Positions 11,400-18,938 of a stretch of 32,000 nt of DNA are shown here, piece after piece. The notes below the pieces were generated by a model. It saw only the letters and a list, made by a program, of their open reading frames with translations. It did not search any database and was not told the DNA's origin. The DNA comes from Methylophaga frappieri (GTDB taxonomy: Bacteria; Pseudomonadota; Gammaproteobacteria; Nitrosococcales; Methylophagaceae): the NCBI RefSeq assembly GCF_000260965.1, contig NC_017856.1, forward strand, positions 210,001-242,000. Reading direction: 5' to 3'. Every line of letters starts with the position of its first letter. Position 1 is the stretch's first letter. The position numbers were made by a program, and so were the translations under genes.

Positions 11400-12620
11400 A
11401 TGGCGCTTATTGTACAAAAATATGGCGGAACCTCTGTCGGCACTGTCGAACGTATTCAGGAAGTCGCAAAAAAAGTTATTCAATACCGGCAACAAGGTCA
11501 CGACATTGTCGTGGTTGTTTCCGCGATGAGTGGCGAAACAAATCGCTTGCTCAACTTAGCCAAAGATATTAACCAAGATCCTCGTGGTCGCGAGTTGGAT
11601 GTTTTGCTGTCAACCGGTGAACAAGTCACTATTGCCCTGCTCAGTATGGCACTTATGCAAGCGGGTATGACGGCACAATCTTACACGGGCCCTCAAATCA
11701 AAATTCTCACTGATGATGCCTTCAACAAAGCACGCATTATCAAAATTGATGAAACCAAAATTCGTTCGGATATAGAGGCAGGCAAAGTAGTGGTCGTCGC
11801 TGGTTTTCAAGGCTGCGATGAACAAGGCAATATCACGACGCTTGGCCGTGGTGGAAGCGACACAACTGCCGTCGCCTTGGCTGCGGCTTTGAAGGCCGAC
11901 GAATGTCAGATTTACACCGATGTTGACGGGGTTTATACAACCGATCCTAGAGTTGTGCCTGAAGCACGGCGACTGGATCGAATTACCTTTGAAGAAATGC
12001 TGGAAATGGCAAGTTTGGGCGCCAAAGTATTACAAATAAGGTCTGTTGAATTTGCAAGTAAATACAATGTTCCGTTACGGGTACTCTCCTCCTTCACTGA
12101 AGGTGGCGGTACACTGATTACATCTGAGGAAACAAATATGGAACAAGCTTTAATCTCTGGTATCGCTTTTAATCGCGATGAGGCTAAGTTGACGATTGAT
12201 GGGGTCCCGGATCAACCTGGCGTTGCTCACAAAATTCTGGGACCGATTGCCGCTCAGCATATTGAAGTGGATATGATTATTCAAAATACGGGGCATGATG
12301 CCACGACGGACTTTACTTTCACGGTGCACCGAAATGACTATCTCGCCGCACAGAAAATCCTGCAGAACATCGCCACTGAACTCAACGCACGAAAAGTCAC
12401 CGGTGATGACCATATTGCAAAAATATCCGTAGTGGGTGTTGGCATGCGTTCACACGCTGGTATCGCTAGCAATATGTTTGAAGCACTTGCCAGAGAGAAT
12501 ATCAATATCAGTATGATTTCCACGTCAGAAATCAAAATTTCCGTCGTGGTTGACGAGAAATATCTTGAACTTGGCGTACGCGCCTTACACAAAGCCTTCA
12601 ACCTTGAACAGGGTTACTAA
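11400..12620 (+). CDS. lysC: Aspartate kinase (monofunctional, with C-terminal ACT domains)
   Basis: 406 aa with the N-terminal IVQKYGGTSVG motif, LGRGGSDTTA and two ACT-like repeats. It starts 2 nt after the alaS stop. Confidence 0.95.
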   Translation: MALIVQKYGGTSVGTVERIQEVAKKVIQYRQQGHDIVVVVSAMSGETNRLLNLAKDINQDPRGRELDVLLSTGEQVTIALLSMALMQAGMTAQSYTGPQIKILTDDAFNKARIIKIDETKIRSDIEAGKVVVVAGFQGCDEQGNITTLGRGGSDTTAVALAAALKADECQIYTDVDGVYTTDPRVVPEARRLDRITFEEMLEMASLGAKVLQIRSVEFASKYNVPLRVLSSFTEGGGTLITSEETNMEQALISGIAFNRDEAKLTIDGVPDQPGVAHKILGPIAAQHIEVDMIIQNTGHDATTDFTFTVHRNDYLAAQKILQNIATELNARKVTGDDHIAKISVVGVGMRSHAGIASNMFEALARENINISMISTSEIKISVVVDEKYLELGVRALHKAFNLEQGY

Positions 12621-12625
12621 ACCAT

Positions 12626-12656
12626 TGATATCAGGAACTTATTCCTGATTATATCA
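12626..12656 (+). terminator. Hairpin just after lysC (8-bp stem ATCAGGAA/TTCCTGAT with an extended imperfect stem). Terminator-like but without a clean U-tract.
   Basis: The inverted repeat was read from the sequence (12630-12637 pairs with 12642-12649, loop CTTA). The following sequence, TATATCAGTT, is only weakly T-rich. Confidence 0.3.
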
Positions 12657-12665
12657 GTTAAAGCC

Positions 12666-12674
12666 TGATATAAT
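12666..12674 (+). promoter_or_regulatory. Extended -10 promoter element TGaTATAAT upstream of csrA
   Basis: An exact TGnTATAAT in the lysC-csrA intergenic region, correctly oriented, roughly 150 nt upstream of the csrA ATG. The -35 is weak. Confidence 0.35.
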
Positions 12675-12822
12675 AGTGCACAACTGTTTTCGGATAGATT
12701 ACTTAATTCCGTTGTCAGATATTGTGCAGGAGACAAAGAGCTCCGCTTAAAAGTTAAACAGGATAAAAGTGTCCGGTTAAAATAAAGTACAGTCCGGTCA
12801 ATAACAGAGTAAGGGGAATACC

Positions 12823-13008
12823 ATGTTAATACTTACACGACGCGTTGGAGAATCACTGATCATCGGTGATGATGTTGTAGTCAACGTTTTGGGAGTCAAA
12901 GGTAACCAAGTTCGTATTGGTGTGGATGCACCAAAAGACGTTACTGTTCACCGTGAAGAAATTTATGATCGAATTCAGGCAGAAAAAGATCAATCTAATG
13001 TTGGATAA
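12823..13008 (+). CDS. csrA: Carbon storage regulator CsrA (RsmA family RNA-binding protein)
   Basis: 61 aa. [18 protein letters not shown]...[19 protein letters not shown] is the canonical CsrA sequence. The SD AAGGGGA lies 5 nt upstream. Confidence 0.95.
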   Translation: MLILTRRVGESLIIGDDVVVNVLGVKGNQVRIGVDAPKDVTVHREEIYDRIQAEKDQSNVG

Positions 13009-13041
13009 TCTTCGGTTTTAACTAGCCAAATCTATCATAGC

Positions 13042-13050
13042 TGGTATAAT
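13042..13050 (+). promoter_or_regulatory. Extended -10 element TGgTATAAT upstream of tRNA-Ser
   Basis: An exact TGnTATAAT ending 13 nt before the mature 5' end of the tRNA. Confidence 0.4.
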
Positions 13051-13063
13051 AGCCGGCTTTGAT

Positions 13064-13154
13064 GGAGAGCTGGCCGAGTGGCTGAAGGCGCGCCCCTGCT
13101 AAGGGCGTATAGGCTTATACCCTATCGAGGGTTCGAATCCCTCGCTCTCCGCCA
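13064..13154 (+). tRNA. serV: tRNA-Ser (anticodon GCU), type II with a long variable arm and encoded CCA
   Basis: Folded by hand. Acceptor GGAGAGC/GCTCTCC, anticodon stem CGCCC/GGGCG with loop CTGCTAA, long variable arm, T-arm GAGGG-TTCGAAT-CCCTC, discriminator G plus CCA. Confidence 0.93.
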
Positions 13155-13172
13155 AATTACTTGTTTTTATCA

Positions 13173-13202
13173 TTGCTAACCAATGTAGAAAAAAAGTATA
13201 AT
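13173..13202 (+). promoter_or_regulatory. Candidate sigma70 promoter for tRNA-Arg (-35 TTGCTA at 13173-13178, -10 TATAAT at 13197-13202)
   Basis: Hexamers read from the sequence with an 18-nt spacer. The -10 ends 11 nt before the tRNA 5' end. Confidence 0.4.
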
Positions 13203-13213
13203 TTACCGCTTTA

Positions 13214-13290
13214 GCGCATGTAGCTCAGCTGGATAGAGTACCTGGCTACGAACCAGGCGGTCGGAGGTTCGAATCCTTCCATGCGCGCCA
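13214..13290 (+). tRNA. argV: tRNA-Arg (anticodon ACG), CCA encoded
   Basis: Folded by hand. Acceptor GCGCATG/CATGCGC, D-arm GCTC-AGCTGGATA-GAGT, anticodon stem CCTGG/CCAGG with loop CTACGAA, T-arm GGAGG-TTCGAAT-CCTTC, G plus CCA. Confidence 0.95.
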
Positions 13291-13300
13291 TAATCATAAA

Positions 13301-13334
13301 AGGCTTAGCTAATATTGCTAGGCCTTTTTTGTTT
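13301..13334 (+). terminator. Rho-independent terminator after tRNA-Arg
   Basis: A 9-bp stem (AGGCTTAGC / GCTAGGCCT, one G-U pair), a 7-nt loop, then TTTTTTGTTT. Confidence 0.6.
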
Positions 13335-13391
13335 ATTTCTAACGCCCTGAATGCTTACACAAACACAAACTGGCCCATAGATAGATTTGCA

Positions 13392-13991
13392 TTATGGGTA
13401 GGTTCGCATTTGCCCTACCACCACACCTTGAATACGAACTCGTCTGGCACCCAGTGTGATCGCCTCAAAATCGGGGTTTGCTGGCATTAATGTCACAGTA
13501 TCATCATCATTGATCAATAACGTTTTCAACGTTGCATCCGTATTATCGACAAGCGCCACCACAATATCTTTATGCTTGGCGGCGCGTGTGCTATCTATCA
13601 CGACATAATCACCAGATCGAATACCTTCATTCATCATCGACATGCCAGATATTTTTAATACGTAGCGCCCTTTCCCAGCAAACATTTGCCCAACATTAAT
13701 TTCTGTTTCATCTGGCACCGCCTCTATCAGGCGACCCGCGGCGATTTTACCCATCATCGGAAGCGCAAAGTCTTGCTCTGTAGTGAAAGACATCAATTCA
13801 AGGCCTCTGCTCTTATTGTTAAACCGCTTTAATTTTCCAGCCTCAACTAGTTGACTGATATAGGTATAAGTACTGCCTAGAGAGGAAATCCCGATTCCAG
13901 AAGCAATTTCTTCAATGGTTGGCGCTTCATGATGCTCGCGGATGTAATTTTCAATAAAAACGAGAGTATCTTTGGCTCGTTTAGTCAGCAT
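13392..13991 (-). CDS. lexA: LexA-type S24 self-cleaving transcriptional repressor with a divergent N-terminal DNA-binding domain
   Basis: 199 aa and colinear with E. coli LexA in the C-terminal domain: Ala-Gly cleavage site (GKIAAGRLIEA), catalytic Ser (ISGMSM) and Lys (ATLKTL). The N-terminal wHTH recognition region (SLGSTYTYISQLVEAGKL) is not similar to the E. coli one. I chose the start at MLTKRAK (13991). The track start at 14051 adds 20 low-complexity residues. Confidence 0.85.
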   Translation of the reverse strand: MLTKRAKDTLVFIENYIREHHEAPTIEEIASGIGISSLGSTYTYISQLVEAGKLKRFNNKSRGLELMSFTTEQDFALPMMGKIAAGRLIEAVPDETEINVGQMFAGKGRYVLKISGMSMMNEGIRSGDYVVIDSTRAAKHKDIVVALVDNTDATLKTLLINDDDTVTLMPANPDFEAITLGARRVRIQGVVVGQMRTYP

Positions 13992-14190
13992 TTTTATATT
14001 TTCCACAAAATTTATTCTAAATAGAAAATTTATAGAAAACCTCACCCACATTCAAGTAAAAATAGATTGAGCATAATTGAACCAGCGATAGCGCAGATGA
14101 AATGGAATTTGCTTGGGAAAATGAGATAGGAAGCGCGTAGAAAAGTAATGCTGTTTATTGAGATGATTAATACACCGATATAAAACCAAT

Positions 14191-14223
14191 AAGTGACTTC
14201 CCCTACTTGAGGGGAAATCACTT
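14191..14223 (-). terminator. Strong hairpin downstream of the glutathione peroxidase gene (probable intrinsic terminator)
   Basis: 14-nt arms AAGTGACTTCCCCT / AGGGGAAATCACTT (one mismatch) with loop ACTTG. It starts 25 nt past the gpx stop and on the minus strand is followed by TATTGGTTTTATAT. Confidence 0.5.
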
Positions 14224-14247
14224 AATTTCAGCTACCGTAATGTGAGT

Positions 14248-14790
14248 TTATCGCAGAAGTGAGGCAATCGCATCACTCACAGTTTCGCTATCCGGTTCAA
14301 TTTTGCTGGGAAATGCAGCGCTGACACGACCTTGCGGTGTAATCAGGTACTTATTGAAATTCCAGCCAGGCTCACGCGTCTGTTTGTTAATTTCCTGAAA
14401 AATGGGGTTTGCACGATCGCCTGTTACGTAACTCGGTGCAATCATCGTAAATGTTACACCAAAGTTTTCGCGGCAAATCCGCTCGGCCTCTGCTTCGCTT
14501 TTCGCTTCTTGATTGAAATCATTGCTGGCAAAACCGACAACAACCAACCCTTTGTCCTGATACTTTTGATGGACGGCTTCCAAGCCTTCAAATTGCCGAG
14601 TAAATCCGCAATGGCTCGCCGTATTGACAATCATCAGCGGTTTTCCAGCCGCGATATCGCACAAATTAACCGTTTCATTCGAATGTAATCTTGGTAATTC
14701 GTAATCCAGAAACTCAGGACACACTTTGTCTGATTCAGCTGAAACAGACAGGCTCATCAAACTCATTACTAACGCTAAAATATATTGCAT
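14248..14790 (-). CDS. Glutathione peroxidase family protein (Cys-type), with an N-terminal signal peptide
   Basis: 180 aa with GPx motifs NTASHCGFT, FASNDFNQE and WNFNKYL. The N-terminus MQYILALVMSLMSLSVSAE looks like a Sec signal peptide. Confidence 0.9.
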   Translation of the reverse strand: MQYILALVMSLMSLSVSAESDKVCPEFLDYELPRLHSNETVNLCDIAAGKPLMIVNTASHCGFTRQFEGLEAVHQKYQDKGLVVVGFASNDFNQEAKSEAEAERICRENFGVTFTMIAPSYVTGDRANPIFQEINKQTREPGWNFNKYLITPQGRVSAAFPSKIEPDSETVSDAIASLLR

Positions 14791-15028
14791 TGCTCTCTCT
14801 ACTCCACCGTGTGAAACACAACCAAACGGTTGTTATTAAATTTGTGACCTAGATTTTGACAAAAAGTTGGGCTGTCTCACAGCTTTAATTTCTGAATTAG
14901 GCTCTTCAGGCTTCGCTGACTAGGCTCGCATTTCAAAAAACGTTGGCGGTCTTGTATCAAACTTGATTTTTAAAGTTATTAAAAATCAATCCGATAAAAT
15001 TAGTAGTTAACAACATAATCGTGCAGAC

Positions 15029-15241
15029 ATGATTGAGATTCCACGTTTTTATCAGCAGACATTTACTTATCAAGCACCCAACACATCGGTACCTCCGGTG
15101 CATGCAATTGTCTCTCAAGCACCCAATATGATCATGCATGAGCGACGAAATCAAGAGCGGCGGCGACAAGCAAAAAAACCCGTTATTGAGCGGCGGGTCT
15201 CAGCGGATAGACGTGGCCCGTTATTTGATGCAGAAGCTTAG
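15029..15241 (+). CDS. Hypothetical small arginine-rich protein (70 aa). Coding status uncertain.
   Basis: This is the only sizeable ORF in the 447-bp gap between gpx and the RNase J-like gene. The C-terminal half is ERRNQERRRQAKKPVIERRVSADRRGP. There is no convincing SD, and the ORF overlaps the 3' end of the convergent gene by 4 nt. Confidence 0.25.
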   Translation: MIEIPRFYQQTFTYQAPNTSVPPVHAIVSQAPNMIMHERRNQERRRQAKKPVIERRVSADRRGPLFDAEA

Positions 15242-16608
15242 TAGAGCTTTTTTAATTTTCCATTTCTTTGCATACCAAGTCGGCCAACAGGCACCGCATG
15301 TCGCCGAATACCGATCGCGGGTGAAATATAAAAAATATCCCCATTCTGACCAACCAACTGCTGACGAATGCCAACCGATTTAGCAATACCGGCATTGGCA
15401 CGCAGATGATGCATTTCGCCATGAACCGGAATCGCACAATCCGGTTGCACCCACTGATACATCATTTTTAATTCTTCTGTTGCTGGATGCCCAGAAGCAT
15501 GAATAGGTAATGCACTATTATGCTCATCAATCACATCAACTTGCATTGCCTTTAGTCGTTCAATGAGTTCAGCAATTGCCTGCTCATTTCCGGGTATGAC
15601 CTTTGAACTAAAAATAACAGTATCCCCAGCCTCAAGCTGCATATCTCGAAAACTGTGGTGACTCAATCTGTTTAATGCGGTTCGCGGTTCGCCTTGGCTA
15701 CCCGTTGCGATTAACATCACCGTTTGTCGTGGTAAAAAACCCAAATGTGAAGAATCAACCAATGAACCAGCATTCTCCCAAAATCCACTCACCTTGGCCG
15801 CACTGTAATTATTACGAAGCGACCTCCCCATTAACCCCAAATGCCGCCCGGTTTCATCAGCTATCCTCGCTAGGGTCTTGAGTCTCGCAATATTGCTGCC
15901 AAAACAAGTGACAATGACGCGGCCGGTGGCATGTTGGACATGTTTTAATAGGCCTTCATACAACGCTGACTCGCTGATTGACCAGCCCGGCATATTGGCA
16001 TTGGTAGAATCGCACACCATGGCATTGATTTGCGCTGCAGCCAAAGCTTTAAAGTCCGCCGCATCAAACGCTGCGCCAACAACCGGTGACTTATCCAGTT
16101 TCCAGTCAGCAGTGTGAAAAACCTTACCCACAGACGTTGAAATCAGCAGTGCAAATGGCTCTGGGATCGAATGTGTCAATCGCAGCCAGCTGACATTAAA
16201 TACCCCGATTTGTTGACTTTCTGATGGGTCAACAACGATGACTGGAACCACCTCTGCTAACCCTGCCTCGCTTAGTTTGCGACGAAGTATTTCTGCCGTA
16301 AATGCCGTGGTGTAGACAGGACACTTTAATCTTGGCCACAAATACGCTACTGCGCCAATATGATCTTCATGGGCATGAGTAATAACCAACCCATCCAACT
16401 GTTGATAACGATCTGCAATAAATTGGGGGTCGGCCATTTGAATTTCTGCATGGCTCGCCACGTGAGCGTCATTTTCCGGGTTTTCGAAAGTGACCCCGCA
16501 ATCCACCATCAACCAACGTCCATTGTGGCCATAAAGATTCAGGTTCATGCCGATCTCGCCACACCCTCCCAGCGGTAAAAACCAAAAATCTGTCCGCCCG
16601 GGATTCAT
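15238..16608 (-). CDS. RNase J-family metallo-beta-lactamase/beta-CASP hydrolase (short form)
   Basis: 456 aa with the N-terminal FLPLGGCGEIGMNLNLY, MBL motif ITHAHEDHIG, and later SGH and H motifs typical of beta-CASP RNA-metabolising enzymes. A good SD (GGAG) precedes the ATG. Confidence 0.85.
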   Translation of the reverse strand: MNPGRTDFWFLPLGGCGEIGMNLNLYGHNGRWLMVDCGVTFENPENDAHVASHAEIQMADPQFIADRYQQLDGLVITHAHEDHIGAVAYLWPRLKCPVYTTAFTAEILRRKLSEAGLAEVVPVIVVDPSESQQIGVFNVSWLRLTHSIPEPFALLISTSVGKVFHTADWKLDKSPVVGAAFDAADFKALAAAQINAMVCDSTNANMPGWSISESALYEGLLKHVQHATGRVIVTCFGSNIARLKTLARIADETGRHLGLMGRSLRNNYSAAKVSGFWENAGSLVDSSHLGFLPRQTVMLIATGSQGEPRTALNRLSHHSFRDMQLEAGDTVIFSSKVIPGNEQAIAELIERLKAMQVDVIDEHNSALPIHASGHPATEELKMMYQWVQPDCAIPVHGEMHHLRANAGIAKSVGIRQQLVGQNGDIFYISPAIGIRRHAVPVGRLGMQRNGKLKKLY

Positions 16609-16746
16609 CGCAAATACTCCTTAAAATGATATTTTCAGCCTCGCAGTATACCCTGCCAAACGTGCTTGCATTAAATTGCAGCAAGCGCTTGGTTATCCCC
16701 AGTAAAAGGTTATTAATAAGTGACAATAGGTGACACCGGTCAAGAA

Positions 16747-16755
16747 TGTTATAAT
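16747..16755 (+). promoter_or_regulatory. Extended -10 element TGtTATAAT upstream of oadG
   Basis: An exact TGnTATAAT in the RNase J/oadG divergent intergenic region, roughly 75 nt upstream of the oadG ATG. Confidence 0.35.
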
Positions 16756-16829
16756 GCCCGGCTGTTTTAACCGGACTGCCTGAATTCACAGATTCATACG
16801 CTAATGGCCAGTTCACTCTGGAGAACAAA

Positions 16830-17111
16830 ATGACAGAAAATGATCTGATTTCGGAAGGACTTAACTTGATGTTGCTGGGAATGGGTTTTGTCTTTGTCTT
16901 TCTCACCCTTTTGGTTGTGGCAACAGCACTGATGTCTCGCGTCATTACTTTTTATGAAAAACGGGTTGGTTTATTGCCCGAAGAAGGCATTCCGGCGCCC
17001 ACGGCAGTATTAGGCAACCCGGTTAATAACACCACGACGAAAGATAAAGATGCCAATCTTATCAGCGTTTTATCTGCTGCCGTTCATCGTTTTCGGCAAA
17101 AAAACAAATAA
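16830..17111 (+). CDS. oadG: Oxaloacetate decarboxylase gamma subunit
   Basis: 93 aa with a single N-terminal TM helix carrying the OadG-like LMLLGMGFVFVFL motif. It lies directly upstream of oadA and oadB, with an SD GGAGAA. Confidence 0.8.
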   Translation: MTENDLISEGLNLMLLGMGFVFVFLTLLVVATALMSRVITFYEKRVGLLPEEGIPAPTAVLGNPVNNTTTKDKDANLISVLSAAVHRFRQKNK

Positions 17112-17147
17112 TTCCTCTTGTTCCTTCGAATTGCTTAAGGCCCTATT

Positions 17148-18929
17148 ATGAGCGATACCAAAAATTCACTCGGCATTACTGATGTCGTCCTGCGTGATGC
17201 GCATCAATCTCTCTTTGCCACGCGACTTCGGCTCGACGACATGCTGCCTATTGCTGACAAACTCGACAATATTGGCTTCTGGTCAGTAGAAAGCTGGGGT
17301 GGTGCCACGTTTGATGCCTGCATTCGTTATTTAGGCGAAGACCCGTGGCATCGTATCCGCAGCTTGAAAGCAGCGATGCCTAAAACCCAACAACAAATGT
17401 TGCTTCGCGGACAGAACCTATTAGGTTATCGGCACTACGCTGATGATGTGGTTCGCAAATTCGTAGAACGCGCCGCTATCAATGGCGTTGACGTATTTCG
17501 TGTGTTTGACGCGATGAATGATCCGCGCAACTTGGAAGTCGCCCTGAAAGCCGTCAAAGAAACCGGCAAACATGCCCAAGGCACTATGGCTTACACCATC
17601 AGCCCGGTTCATGACTTGCAAATGTGGCTGGACATGGCCAAGCGTATTGAAGAAATGGGCGCTGATTCGCTCTGCATCAAAGATATGGCTGGTTTGCTTA
17701 AGCCTTATAAAGCTTATGAACTGGTTAAAAGCCTTAAGCAAACCGTCACTATTCCAATCCATATGCAGTCTCATGCAACCACAGGCTTATCAACCGCAAC
17801 GATTATGAAATGCGTCGAAGCAGGCATTGATAATGTTGATAGTGCCATTTCATCAATGTCGATGACCTATGGCCACTCAGCAACTGAGTCGGTTGTCGCT
17901 ATTTTTGAAGAGACTGAGCGAGATACAGGTCTAAATATTGAGCTGCTTGAAGAAGTCGCTACCTACTTCCGTGAAGTTCGCAAAAAATACGCGCAATTTG
18001 AAGGGTCTTTGCGTGGCGTCGACTCTCGTATTCTGGTCGCGCAGGTTCCGGGCGGTATGTTAACCAACATGGAAAACCAGCTTCGCGAACAAAATGCCTT
18101 GGATCGAATGGACGAAGTTCTGAAAGAAATCCCACGTGTCCGTGAAGACCTGGGGTTTATCCCGTTGGTCACGCCAACCTCCCAGATCGTTGGCACACAA
18201 TCGGTCATCAATGTGCTGACCGGTGAACGCTATAAAACCATCACCGAAGAAACCCAGGCTTTACTTCGTGGTGAGTACGGTGCAGCGCCAGCGGCATTTA
18301 ATCAGGAATTGCAACAACGGGTATTGGAAGGCAATCAGCCTGTTACCTGCCGCCCTGCAGATAATTTAGATCCAGAGCTTGATACCTTAACCAGCGAGCT
18401 TGATAGCCTTGCTGCAGAAGAAGGTTTCGAGTTGGCTGAAGGTGATCAGAAGATTGATGACGTATTAACCTATGCCCTGTTCCACCAAACGGCTTTGAAG
18501 TTCTTGAGAAATCGTCACAACCCAGATGCGTTTGAGCCGGTACCGACATTGGCCTCGGCTGCGGCGGCAACGGCACAAAAATCAGCAAATAGCCCTGAAA
18601 CTTACACCATTAACGTGAATGGTCAACAGTATGTTGTTGAAGTCAACGAAGGTGGTGATATTGGTCAGGTAGCCAGTCAACCCGCTGCTGCAACGCCTGC
18701 GGCGACTTCTGGGAATGACCAGCCTGTCAAGGCGCCCTTATCGGGAAATATCTGGAAAGTCCTTGTCAATCAAGGTCAAGAAGTCAATGAAGGTGATGTT
18801 CTGTTAATCCTTGAAGCCATGAAAATGGAAACCCAGATTGTCGCAGAAAAAGCAGGTTCGGTTACCGGTGTCTATGTTAAACCGGGCGATACGGCAAAAG
18901 TCGGCGATGTATTAGTAACGATTGGATAA
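17148..18929 (+). CDS. oadA: Oxaloacetate decarboxylase alpha subunit (carboxyltransferase plus biotinyl carrier domain)
   Basis: 593 aa with an N-terminal HMGL-like carboxyltransferase domain (VLRDAHQSL...), an Ala/Pro-rich linker and the C-terminal biotinylation motif EAMKME. Confidence 0.95.
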   Translation: MSDTKNSLGITDVVLRDAHQSLFATRLRLDDMLPIADKLDNIGFWSVESWGGATFDACIRYLGEDPWHRIRSLKAAMPKTQQQMLLRGQNLLGYRHYADDVVRKFVERAAINGVDVFRVFDAMNDPRNLEVALKAVKETGKHAQGTMAYTISPVHDLQMWLDMAKRIEEMGADSLCIKDMAGLLKPYKAYELVKSLKQTVTIPIHMQSHATTGLSTATIMKCVEAGIDNVDSAISSMSMTYGHSATESVVAIFEETERDTGLNIELLEEVATYFREVRKKYAQFEGSLRGVDSRILVAQVPGGMLTNMENQLREQNALDRMDEVLKEIPRVREDLGFIPLVTPTSQIVGTQSVINVLTGERYKTITEETQALLRGEYGAAPAAFNQELQQRVLEGNQPVTCRPADNLDPELDTLTSELDSLAAEEGFELAEGDQKIDDVLTYALFHQTALKFLRNRHNPDAFEPVPTLASAAAATAQKSANSPETYTINVNGQQYVVEVNEGGDIGQVASQPAAATPAATSGNDQPVKAPLSGNIWKVLVNQGQEVNEGDVLLILEAMKMETQIVAEKAGSVTGVYVKPGDTAKVGDVLVTIG

Positions 18930-18938
18930 AGGCGCAGC

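Noticed and set aside
11380-11400. A lysine riboswitch or leader upstream of lysC
   Set aside because: Only 2 nt separate the alaS stop from the lysC ATG, so there is no space for an L-box element.
13281-13490. A 69-aa plus-strand ORF starting inside tRNA-Arg
   Set aside because: It overlaps the tRNA 3' end, the terminator and the 3' end of lexA. It is a chance ORF.
13155-14247. A prophage or integrative island inserted at the tRNA-Ser/tRNA-Arg locus, prompted by the LexA/CI-like repressor
   Set aside because: There is no integrase, excisionase or other phage gene nearby. I could not find a direct repeat of the tRNA 3' end downstream. The repressor is colinear with bona fide LexA rather than with short CI-type repressors.
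14248-14790. A possible selenocysteine (TGA) glutathione peroxidase
   Set aside because: The active-site residue is an ordinary Cys codon within an uninterrupted ORF (NTASHCGFT). No in-frame TGA or SECIS is needed.
16469-16945. A 158-aa minus-strand ORF spanning the RNase J/oadG intergenic region
   Set aside because: It overlaps the 5' ends of both well-supported flanking genes and covers their shared promoter region. It has no recognisable domain and is most likely a chance ORF.
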